64,000 nt of DNA from positions 4,216,001 through 4,280,000 of the forward strand of contig JBLDXI010000032.1 of assembly GCA_047495785.1 (NCBI GenBank), given 5' to 3'. The stretch's first letter is position 1. Each line of letters starts with the position of its first letter. The position numbers were made by a program, and so were the translations under genes. Shown here in pieces: positions 27,801 through 38,767 of the stretch. The stretch comes from Lepidodermella squamata (Eukaryota > Animalia > Gastrotricha). Under the pieces are notes generated by a model that worked only from the letters and a program-made list of their open reading frames with translations, was not told the DNA's origin and did not search any database.

Positions 27801-30800
27801 ATTGATATGTTCGGAAACGAAGGCATTTTGGGTTGCTGCTGCCTTTCACGAATGGCGATACGAAATCGTAGTAGGGTGAGCCTGAGCATGTAGGAATTTG
27901 CATGTCGACTGTATTAATGTAGTAGCCACGAGTTCCTTTGGGGCGAAAGAGCATATAAGAACCTTCTTCGATTATTAGGATTCCGGCTTACCTCCCTGGT
28001 TCCAATCCCATTCTGGTCCATTGGCGTCGTCGTAGTTTGGCCATGGCCCGCCAATGCCGCTCCACGTATCCATATCCATGGATGCACCCCCATTCACCGA
28101 CGGAGCCGTCGAGTCAGCGTCTGAGTTGTACCACCCGCATGTGTGTTTGTTGTCGAAGGTACAGTTGAACGTCAAATGCTGCATTCTCAACTTATCGAGC
28201 TCGCAAAGAACGTTAACTGTGCTGGTGCTTGTAAGACCGACAAAGCCACTGCTGGTCATACCCATGAAAGTCCCAGCACCAGGCTGGCTACTAGCCCAAG
28301 CTTCAATGAAGTTTAAATTATAGCCAGATACTTGGGAAATTAGCGGAAACCTTACGCAAATACGGAATGGGATATGCATCACCATCGCTCCATACACCAC
28401 TCAGCAAATAGCCGTCAAGAGCAATTGTCTTGCTTCCAATCAGGCCCCGGACGAAATCCAACTCGGACTGAGTCTCAGGTCGGGCTAAATTCGCGCGAAT
28501 GCGTTTATTGCAATGATCAGCAGCCCCGCTCAGAGCCATGTTTATGTTCATAGACGAAAAATAGCACTTTCGGCCGAAATCAATCCAGTCGGGCGGGCAA
28601 GGAGCTGTAAACAATTAAGCTAGATTAGGATATTTTGAACGTTTGAACTGTAATACTTGTTGCCGTGCATCTGCCTTCGGTGACTCGAATGTTGTCGATT
28701 GCGATATCTGAATAAATGGTTGAGCCTCGAGAAGCTTCGAATACGATTTGATCAGGAGTAGCGAAATAGATCGACTTGGTGGCTACGTTCCATTGTTTTG
28801 ACTGAGCACCACCTCGATACCAGAATTGTTGATTTGCCGCGGCGAGACTAGCTTTCAACGAATTCACAGTTGCGCCGCCCATGTAGTACCAGAATTCAAC
28901 ACATCGCCAGCCAGCGGGGATCATCGGCGAAATAATTCTCGCAACCTGACCTGTCAGAACAAGGTCGGCCGCGCTCATCAACGCATATTGATCGAGAGCT
29001 GTTAATAACTAATTTTGAAAATATTTCTTGGAATCATGATCAAACTTTACCGTCAGCGCGATTAGCTGACATCCCAAACCTGGGTCCAGTTGTGAACACG
29101 CTCTGACTCCCGGTCGGTGTGGCGTCGTGGGCCAGAATCCAGTTCGCGTTATCGTCATTCGTGTCCTGGGTCCATCCGCAAAAGTCAACGTCGAAATTGC
29201 AGTTTACCTCGGGCGTGCGTAGCGTCTCGTTTTGCAGCAGTTTATCAGCTAAAATCGACTGGCACATCGACATGACTCGGCCAATGTCATCCGCCACTAG
29301 CTCAATGTGATAGATGCTTAAGCAGGCAACTTGGGCGTTGAGATAGGACTGATCGTACTGGCGCAGGCCCAAATTAAACCCATAATTGGATTCGGCGTTT
29401 GGATCCAACGCCCAATTACCGATGCGGCCGCCATTTATCCAAAGGGAAACTTGGTTCGGCACTGAGCTGTACATCACAGTGACGAATTGCCAAGTGCCAG
29501 TGCGAGCGCCAGAAGCGGAGAAAGCATTCGATAAAAAATCGAACCTCATAGTTGTGCTGTACAGCCACCAATTCATGCCGTAACTCGTCCCAGGTACATT
29601 TCCCCCGAGCAAGTACTCGAACAACGGTCCACCAATGGCATTAAGCGTTTTCACATAGCAAGAAATGGTCCAGCTTCGCCACAACAGGTTGAGATTGGCG
29701 TATGCAAAGGTGATGTAGCTCGAAGCGTCTGCTCCGATAGTCATTGCTGTGCCAGGCATGCCGAAAGGCCCAGTTGATAGCGTTACATTTGCGGACTTTG
29801 CGACGCCATGAAAACCGTTAGGACCGATATCGCGAGTTCCCGTCAGGTAAGTGAGGGGCCAAAAGCCGAGGAGTTCAAGGAATCGAGGCGGGCGGCGTTC
29901 TCCAGACCTGCATGCTGCTATGACTTGAGTTAGTTGGAACGGAGTTAAAGCTGACGAATAAATCGACAGGCATGACATTTGGCCAATAAAACGGTCAGTC
30001 CCGCCAATTACTCGTCCCATAACCCAGCCGTTATCTGATACTCCAATTGTTCTCGTACCCTTCGAGACACTGCCGGTGAGCACACCATTGCGATATGTTG
30101 ACAATATTCCCGTTTGATAATCATAAGATACGGCGATATGGACCCAGGACGAGTATGAATAGCCGCACGTTATGATCCAGAAATCGGTGTAGCCAGCTGT
30201 GTTGCCATTAGTGTGCAGGCAGCTGTAAGTGTCGTGGCGGAAAACGTTGATCCCGCGATTGTTGCTGTCGTCGTAGAACTCAACAAATGGCATAGTATCC
30301 GATGTGCTCGATTTGACGTAGAACGCGACTGTGTACGACCTCATGAAGTCGACGTCGTAACCCGCAAAGCTGATCCAAGCATTTGTACCCCTGTTGAAGC
30401 TGAGTGCCCCCATTGCTGTGGTCGGTCCTGTAGTCACCGTGACGTCAGTTTGCGACTGAACAGTGCCGTGCCTAGCGTTGCCGCTAGTATCTTCAACCCG
30501 ACCGCTTGAGGAGTAGCCATCCATGGGATACCACCCTACGAGACTGCTTACCGGGTAGATTTCGTATTGCGAATGCAAACGCTCGCACGCAACTCGGACC
30601 TGGGCTATTTCTTCAGTGCTCAATGAGGTATTATAGACGCTGAAGCAGGAAACTTTCACAACAGCTGGAACGCCACCTCCGCTTATTCTACTATCGCGGT
30701 AGCCAATATAAAGGCCTTGTCCTGAAACCGTGGCATTGGCCCCCACGGCTGGTTTCGTGTCTTTGACTCTAGCATCGTGGTAAAGATTTACAGAATTCGC

Positions 30801-32159
30801 TTGCTGATTGAATGTTGCTGCCATGAATTGGAAAGCCGTAGCTGATGGCGTGGTGTACGTCGAAGACGTCGTTGTTCCGACGATTGATTTGAACCACACG
30901 TTCCCAGGCGATGGATTGAACCAAAAATGCGGGCCATAAGCCGCGCCAGCGTTCCATTCGACTATTGGCCCTACCGCAAGTGACTGAGCATAAACCGCAA
31001 TGGTGAAGCTCCCAGGCAAAGTCGTCGAAGCTTGGCACGACGGTGATAGCATGGCCAAGTATGCCGAATTCAGAAACAGAGCCGATCCATATCTACCTGA
31101 AGGCCCGTCAACAGGAGTGATTGTACCAGTAGCCGGGTAAGCATCAGCAGTGCAATTGCCAATGATATCAAAGTCTCGGTGGTACATTGTGAACGGCCAA
31201 AGAGCAATCAAAGATTCAGGCCTGACGAGTGAATAGCGTTCCTTCGAAATCACTCGCCAGTAGAATTGATAGCCCCAGCTCGTGGCATAACTGTTTGAGG
31301 AGAAAACGACTTTCACATCGGATCCGTAGACTGTGAATGCCTTTGTTGGTGCCGACGTGAATGTATAGTGTGGGGTCCAGTTGTCGTAGTCCATATCGCC
31401 GACGAAGAATCTCACGCTATCGCCACTGCTCAAGCTGAACAGAGTCGAGAAAAATTCAACCGAATCAGTCAACGGATCCACGTCGATGTAAGTGACACAG
31501 GTTGTGCTCGGCGGGTAGAAGTCGGGGAAAAATGGCGACTTGATTATGCCGCTGCGCGTTGTGTTCGGGAAAATGTACGGCTGCGGGCTGAGCTCGCATC
31601 CGAAAACGGCTTTCTGCCACGTCCAGTACAAGCGCCAGCGACATGCATTCCCCAGCGGTCGGCTGCTGTCCGAGTTCCATTGGATTCTCAGGTGGCCAAC
31701 AGCTCTGTATGTCGCCAACCAGGTGGATCCAGTGTGCATGAAAACATCGTTTTGCTGTAGACGATAAATTTAGTTACTCATTAGTCCTATTCTTGGAAAA
31801 AATAACCAACCCAAATAAAGCCATTGCCTGAGTTTGCCCAAATCTGCATGCGGTCACCTGTAGACCCGTCGTGAACCCAGTCAGCCACCGATAGATAGAT
31901 GTACTCGTAACCGGGATTGCGAACATTGATGGTGAACGAGCAGCTTCGGCTTGTGGCGTAGGCCCCGCTGTAACCATCACTTTGAATGTAGCCCCACAAA
32001 TCGGTGTAGGCGTTGACTGCCGTGTTCGCACACATCGTATAAACTGTACCCTGGCCATTCACCAATACTTTAACACAATTATTTTACAATTGCGATTTCA
32101 AGCCCGAGATTGGGTAACAAACCTGGTAGCAATATAGCAACCCAAAGTAACTGCCTCAT
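24805..32159 (-). CDS. Secreted mosaic protein copy D (same architecture, about 9 exons)
   Basis: ATG at 32159 plus a 55-nt intron (32068-32122) gives MRQLLWVAILLPVLVNG. ORFs 29040-31739, 28625-28981, 28318-28614, 25954-27954, 25602-25976 and 24805-25620 reproduce the domain order. Confidence 0.9.
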
Positions 32160-32251
32160 CCTTTTTCATAAAAGACAAATTTTGACTGTTTTATTACGGG
32201 ACTTTCCAGCTTCCCAGCCTGTATTTTTGTTTTATTTATGACTTTATTATT

Positions 32252-34274
32252 TTATTCGTCGACAATCATCGGCCCTGATGCGTACAGGGCGTGAAGGCGG
32301 TCGTTGTAGCGGCGCCGCAGTTCGGCGCGCCGGTTCCTACCCGACGGCGTTGCGAGACCGTTCGCCGGCGAGAACGGTTCCGTCGTCAAGAAAACACTTC
32401 TCACCTGTTCGTGAGGTGTGAGGCGTTCACTCGCAGCGCCCGCCTCACGCATTGCCTTCAACACCTGCACAGTTAACTCCCGCTCGTCGCTCTTCAAATC
32501 GCTCGACTTGCGCCGCTGCGCCTGCCAGTCTTGCAGCAACCCAGGCGCCGGCACGACTATAGCGACTGCGAACGACTAGCGGCGAAAGAAAGTGCTGAAT
32601 AATTTATTGATAAGCATGGCGTGATCGACTCACCTGAGACTCGAAAGCGTCGACAAACACTTGGCTGGTTAGGTGGCAAGCTGCGTAGACGGCTTCGATT
32701 TTTTCCGGCGAGATGAAGGCGCCGCTGCTAAGCTGCAGCAGGTGCCGCATGCGTCCGATAACGTGCAACGCACCGTCGATCTGCCATTCGCCCACGTCGC
32801 CGGTTCGCAGCCAACCATCGTCGTCGATTGCCTTCGCGCTCAACTCTGGCTTTCGCAGGTAACTCATCATCAAGCTGCTGCTTTTGACTAGAATTTCACC
32901 CTGGCCGCGGCTCATCTTGAAACCGTACTCTGTTAAATCAGCTAATTTGATAGAAGTTTCAGGCATTGGGTATCCGACTTGACTGCCAGTCACGCTCAAA
33001 CCAAGCGTGACAGGCCCACATGCTTCAGTTATTCCATAGACTTGAATAACATAGCAGCCGAATACAACTTGCCAAAATTCGACAATTTCAGGCGAAATAG
33101 GGGCTGCCTCCAATACGACTACTTTGATAGTTTTGCTGACCAATTTTTGAATTTTTCGTAAAGTAAGATCCCAAACTGAACCTCGAGTGACTCGCGCTTC
33201 TTCGACGAGCGAAGATTTTTTGCTCGAAAAAGCTTGCCTTGAAATTTTACCAATTAGATTTTCGCCCCCAAGTTTTGCCGAAAATTGGCGATAGATTGAA
33301 GTCATTTGCCGCACAGAAATCGCAGCCATACGAGCATTTGATTTTGGTAAAACATCGTTACTGGATGAATCACTGGCTAAAGTCATGGAGGACCCTTTGA
33401 AAAACAACCAATTAGCCAGCAGCAGGCCTTGAATTGTAGCGAGATTCAGCAAATTTAGCGATTTGTGTCGCAAAGAATCGAATTCCATCGCGGAATAAAC
33501 TGCGTCAAAAGCTTCGAGGCTTGAAACAACTGCTCGATGGGTTAACATAACCGGCACTGGCCTGCTGAAATCTGTGCCACTCGTGAAACTGACGTAGCAA
33601 AGATCTCCGGCTGACGGCGGGTGGATGAAAGCTGCATGATCGGTATAGCGCTGATCAGGCGCTGTGAATTTATCGAAAGTCATTAGTTTAATCCGAGCCA
33701 ACGCTGCTTTACTCCCAGTTTCAGGGTCGATTATCTGATCAAAGTGAAGAACGATAATTGTTCGCAGGCCCGGGACTAGGTGAGTTTTCGAAAGAAACTG
33801 TTTAGCCACGTCCAAGGTGCCCACAAATATCAGACTGATATTAGCATCATTTATGGCTTGGCAAGCCCAGTCAATGCTGAGTTGATCATGAATCGGGGCT
33901 ACAACTATTGAACGAGCTGTGCAAGCATAATTCGCTAATATCCATTTAGGGCATGGCGCTGCGTAGATCCCGGCGATTTCTTGCCGCTTAATCATAGTTT
34001 TAGTCGCCAATGCTACAACTAAAGAATGGACCATGTCAGCAACTTCAGCGTATGATAACCATTCTAGATTGCGGCCTTCCTGATAGCCTAAGGACTTTTT
34101 GCCTTCTTTCGAAGCGGCGATTCCGTTCTTGAACGTGTCCCATAGGGTTGAGTGGACTCCATTTGCGGCGTTGATTGAGCTGCACCGTATTCCAGGTTCG
34201 ACTTCTCGAGAGCACAGACGGAAGAAAACGGATCCTTTTTTAGAATTGACAAGTTTCACATCATTAGCAGCCAT
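32252..34274 (-). CDS. Divergent long-chain acyl-CoA synthetase (ACSL)-like protein, possible pseudoenzyme, 2 coding exons
   Basis: AMP-binding motifs YGITE, WLRTGD and ISPEKIE are present and align with the two ACSLs at 51-58 kb. One intron lies after FESQ. The P-loop and C-terminal lysine motifs are altered. The start codon (34274) is tentative. Confidence 0.85.
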
Positions 34275-34456
34275 CGTGTCAGAAAACAGCTTTCCGGCGG
34301 AAGCACTCACAAACTTGCTGTAATCGAGGGAGAGCTCTACTCAGAATTAAACGAGTCACGTCTCTGCTGAAACATCTGTGTGCGTGGGAAATTTGGCGGA
34401 GACCTAATCTCACCATCAGGAATCATTTTAAATGAAGAACTAGGCTAAATTATAGA

Positions 34457-36781
34457 ATGCTCAAATTCTTATTACTCGTGTCGCTGGTGGCTACAGCTAC
34501 AGCTCAAAATAGAACGATTCTTTCGGTTTTGGCGTTAATACCTCTGACGGGTAAAGAGCCAGCTAATGGCCTAGCTTGCTCAACCGCCATGCAAATCGTT
34601 GTCGATGAAGCAAATCGGCGCAATTTTATGCCTGAATATCACTTAACTCTAAGAGTCGAGGATGAAACTAGGAATGCTAACATGTCGCCTAAAACTTTGT
34701 TCGATTACTTGTTCGAGTCGAGCGACAGCTGGGTTCACAGCCCAGTCGTAGTCGGCCCGAGTATCACGTGTCAATACGTAGCATTCGCGTCAAAATTCGT
34801 CCACATCACTCACTTTTCCCAATTCTGCGCCGGGCCATACCTCGTCAACCGCCAGCTGTTGCCCAATTTGTACAGAATTCAAATGTCCGGCGAATATTCC
34901 GTAGTAGCCACTCTAATTTTCATGCAAAAAATCGGTAAATGGAAACAATTCGGCATTTTCACGTATTCTTTGAATGTCAACGAATACACAATGGCTAAAA
35001 CCCTCAATTCGATGGCACTTGAAAATGGCATGTCAGTCATTCACTACTCGAGTGAGGATGACGTCACCCTAGAAATGGTTGAGCAAGCTAAGAATGACGG
35101 AGCTCGAGTCGTCGCCTTGATCTATCTGCAAGTAGCCATGTGCGTGAAATTTCTATGCAACGCTCATTTGGCCGGTATGACTGCGCCTCAGTACGTCTTC
35201 GTTGCCCTGACTTATTGCGCATTCACGCCCGACGCCGCCGACCTTCGCCTGCCACCAAGATGCACTCGAGCGATGATTTTTGAACAACTGAAAATAACAT
35301 TTTGGGTTGGCCCAACTCCAGTCGCGGTCGTGAACCATGGTCCAACAACACTAGGGTACGATTTGGCCTGGTTCGACCAGGTATTCGATCAAAGATTGGG
35401 TTACATTAGGGCCTCAGATGACGATCAGAAGCATCTTTGTCACGATACTATGCTCGCGGCTCTGATGACCCTGAAAACTGCTGATCTAACGCTTAGACGG
35501 GATTACAACAGCTCGTTGAGCGATTTTACGGAAAATCCAGAATTAGTCGCATCAGCAGTTAATGCAGCTAAATTGGATTTTATAGGCCTTAGGATAGGCC
35601 GAATAGCTTATTCAAAATCGTCATTAGAAATCGCCAAATCAGACATTTGGATTAGACAATGGATAGATGGTAGCATGAAACTCATTTTCCGAATTCCTTA
35701 CAACGAAAATGGTTACAATTTTTCGAAATATCAGCTCTACAGCAATGATACCCTGACGTGGCAAACCGGCAATGGCCAGCCACCGCAGGATTTGTCAAAT
35801 ATCGAATCACGAGTTTCCGACCTGCCTCTCAGTTTCGTAGCGACCATTGTCGGATTGGCAATAATTTCAGCGACCAAGAGTGTAATTTTGGCTGTATTAA
35901 CTTGCTGTTATTCTCCGAAATTCCGAAATTATCACAGACGTACAGACGTAGCTCTGTTAACAGCGGCTGTGATAGCCATGGCATCGGTGATTTTTTATTG
36001 TACGGGAGCTAAATACTCGTTTTCAACAACCTATTGCAAGGTTAAAGAAATGTTGTTGATTTTCTCCGTGAGTTGCATCAACGCTATAATCTGCTTCCGA
36101 ACAATAGGACTTTCAAAGTTCGCTTCCGGGGGAAATTCCAGCCGTAGAAGTATTCGTCGCCCTCCTTTGAATCCTCGCGATTTGACGATTGCGTGGAAAT
36201 GGCGCCTGATTGAGCGAGGCTCATGTTTTGCGACTGTCGGCTTTTTAGTCACAGTTTCCTGTGTTGCTATCGCATTAGTTTTTAGCGATGATTTCGCAGT
36301 TAATGTCGTCTCTTCGAAAGTTCAATACGATGCAGCGTTGGACACGCTTTACTTAACTATAACTAAAGTATGCTATTCGACATACGAGACACACCTAACG
36401 GCAACTTACCTGACACTAAACGCCATCATTCTATTCATAGCGTGTTTTGCCGCCTACTCGCTCGGTTCGAATCGTCCTAGTGACAGTGTTTTCGAGCTCG
36501 AATCGAAAGCGTGTCGAGCTGCTGTTTTCAAAGCGACTACTTTGTTGGCTGCTTCATTCATGCTTGCCCTAATTTTCGCGTATGACGTCGTTGTTCAAAC
36601 GGTCGTTATTACAACAGCCCACCTTATCCACGCTGAGACAGCAACGACTATTATGACCTATCCTATGTGGAGTAGTTTAATAAGACGACCGAAAACGCGG
36701 CATTTTCAAAGATCAGAAATAATTGAAGTTAAATTATCACAAGGCATCTCTCGCCCTGTCGATTTAGAATTCGCATTATGA
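34457..36781 (+). CDS. Intronless class C GPCR, GABA-B-receptor-like (Venus flytrap domain plus 7TM), 774 aa
   Basis: Signal peptide; ANF-receptor-type features (LALIPLTG, MPEYHLTL, PVVVGP, PNLYR, WKQFGI, CHD); W-x4-QPPQD linker leading directly into several hydrophobic segments with no cysteine-rich domain; Cys at the start of TM3 and in ECL2. Confidence 0.8.
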   Translation: MLKFLLLVSLVATATAQNRTILSVLALIPLTGKEPANGLACSTAMQIVVDEANRRNFMPEYHLTLRVEDETRNANMSPKTLFDYLFESSDSWVHSPVVVGPSITCQYVAFASKFVHITHFSQFCAGPYLVNRQLLPNLYRIQMSGEYSVVATLIFMQKIGKWKQFGIFTYSLNVNEYTMAKTLNSMALENGMSVIHYSSEDDVTLEMVEQAKNDGARVVALIYLQVAMCVKFLCNAHLAGMTAPQYVFVALTYCAFTPDAADLRLPPRCTRAMIFEQLKITFWVGPTPVAVVNHGPTTLGYDLAWFDQVFDQRLGYIRASDDDQKHLCHDTMLAALMTLKTADLTLRRDYNSSLSDFTENPELVASAVNAAKLDFIGLRIGRIAYSKSSLEIAKSDIWIRQWIDGSMKLIFRIPYNENGYNFSKYQLYSNDTLTWQTGNGQPPQDLSNIESRVSDLPLSFVATIVGLAIISATKSVILAVLTCCYSPKFRNYHRRTDVALLTAAVIAMASVIFYCTGAKYSFSTTYCKVKEMLLIFSVSCINAIICFRTIGLSKFASGGNSSRRSIRRPPLNPRDLTIAWKWRLIERGSCFATVGFLVTVSCVAIALVFSDDFAVNVVSSKVQYDAALDTLYLTITKVCYSTYETHLTATYLTLNAIILFIACFAAYSLGSNRPSDSVFELESKACRAAVFKATTLLAASFMLALIFAYDVVVQTVVITTAHLIHAETATTIMTYPMWSSLIRRPKTRHFQRSEIIEVKLSQGISRPVDLEFAL

Positions 36782-36817
36782 GATGTTGGGCAATAAATGA
36801 ATTTTAATTTTGGTCTG

Positions 36818-38655
36818 TCATTTTTTCCCCTGTTTGACCGTCAGAACCGATTCATCGAACTGTCTTGCTGAAGCAGGCATGATGCCAAATAGAATTATAG
36901 GCGTAATTATTATCAGGAAAGCGTACAGTATGCAGGTACACCGCTCGACAACAATCGCCAGATATTTCCATTTCCGGCGAAGAACCAAAGCATCAGTGGA
37001 CGGCGTATAGTCACTTGATCTGGCGTCATCAAAGCTCGGCTGGGAATTGCCTGATTTCGGCCCGAATCTCTCACTATCATGGGTATTATTGTTGAACATG
37101 CCCCTCAGATCGTCGTAGACGAATGCGCTGTTGAAGCTGGTAGTTGACATGCCCTGGTTATTGTTATTCGCTATGGTACTGATGCCTCTGGACGGCCGTG
37201 GCGATTTCGCCACAGGAGCCGGACTTCCACCGAACATTTCAATGTTGGGATCATTTTCGCTGTTTCGAGCATTATTATCAGCTTGAGATCTCGGTTGGCT
37301 GTAGTGGATTTTAAAAGCCCGCCCTATCAGTCGCGACATCTCATGAACAGCCGCCGGTATCTCCCTGGTACTGCTTTTGCTGTGAGAAATTCTCAGGCAA
37401 ATAAAATGTAGACTCTGGCCGAAAATCAACAGCAGGATGTAGACCATGGAGAGGTTTATGTAAATGGACATTATTGGCGTGTGCTCGGAAGTTCGCGGCA
37501 TGTCCTCGGCAATTAGAAGCTGAAAAACTCCGTAGGCAAGCAGGCCAGTGAATGAAACCTCCATCTTAATTTCGTGAGGAACAGAGAAAACCGTCAGCTC
37601 GGCAAAAGATATAACCATACTTGGCAGGATTATGTTGATCCTAATTTACAAAAATTAAGCAATTCCATACTCTAAATTCAATTTTTACCAATAATAAGAT
37701 GTCTTTCTTCGAAAAACCAATTCGAACGTCAGCTTTGTAGAAAAGAATTATAAAAATTTGATGGTTTAAATTTTCATCTCTTACATGAGAATAGCTCGCA
37801 TCGGAAAAGTAGCTTTGAATCGACTTGAAGTGCCGCCCTCCGATGAAGGACCATTGTTCGTCTTCTAACCAACGCTCTGTTGAGATTGCAGGCTCCCCGA
37901 AAGTCAGAGTCTGAGCTTCGATTGCGTAGTGCCAACTCTCGAATTCAAGGCGGCAAATTTGAACATCGAACGGAAAATAGGACAGGTCAAAACGGCAGTA
38001 AGAGTCGAAAGTTCCTACGAAATAAATATGAAAGGACGTAATCAAGTTTGGTCTAGGAGTTGAGGGAACTAAATACCACCTCCCGGCCGATAGGATGCTG
38101 TTCCGTTGCTGAAAATTCGCACCTTCTCGCCGTCGCTGTTGGCGAGATCGTACTTGTCTGCTGCGTTGACCAGGGCGAACTCTGGCAACCAGGTCTTATC
38201 CGCCGCGAGATGCAACGATGTCGCACAAGCGTAAGGCATCGAGTCGTTCCACACGTGGATCTGGTCCTCCCATCTCAAGTTCACATACCCTGTTAGCGTA
38301 ACTGTGCCTTCCTTTTCCGACTGAAATTAAATGAGACAGAATTTGTAAAGCTAAGATTCTGCATGATTTATACAATGTTGTTGATTCCGAAAAGTATCAG
38401 CCTGGCACTGACGTTAACAGCAGTTTGAGCCGTCAATACAGGACGCTCCCATGGTTCAGCTTTATCGAAGAACTTTTCATACACCTCGCGTTCTGTAACT
38501 AAAACGATTCGATTTTCACTGAATACCACTGAAGAGGAGAATTAACCTCTAACATTCGAACAGCTTTCCCCACTCTTGTATTGCTCGGAAGCGGCAATAA
38601 GATGTAGAAATGATAACAACTGTCCGCTTGTCACCCAAATATTTAAAAGATTCAT
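36818..38655 (-). CDS. Cys-loop ligand-gated ion channel subunit, nAChR/5-HT3-like, non-alpha (copy 1)
   Basis: Signal peptide from ATG 38655, WLPEFALVNA, Cys-loop CRFDLSYFPFDVQIC, ESW, RRKTSYYW, M1-M3, a long M3-M4 loop and WKYLAIVVER-M4. Six coding exons with GT-AG introns. Confidence 0.9.
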
Positions 38656-38716
38656 GGCAGAAAATAGACAAAAAATTTATTTGCCTGGTTCAGAATTTTT
38701 CTTTGCGATATAAGGT

Positions 38717-38728
38717 GCTAATATCCGC
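38717..38728 (-). promoter_or_regulatory. Conserved 12-mer GCGGATATTAGC upstream of Cys-loop copy 1
   Basis: The identical 12-mer lies at 40580-40591, at a similar distance from the paralog start codon, while the flanking DNA does not align by eye. Confidence 0.5.
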
Positions 38729-38767
38729 TTTTGTCAACTAAATTAAGGATGTAATTTAAGACGCCCT

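Noticed and set aside
344-31767. Many short plus-strand and alternate-frame ORFs over the mosaic genes
   Set aside because: They are antisense or off-frame shadows of real exons, with no motifs or independent splice logic.
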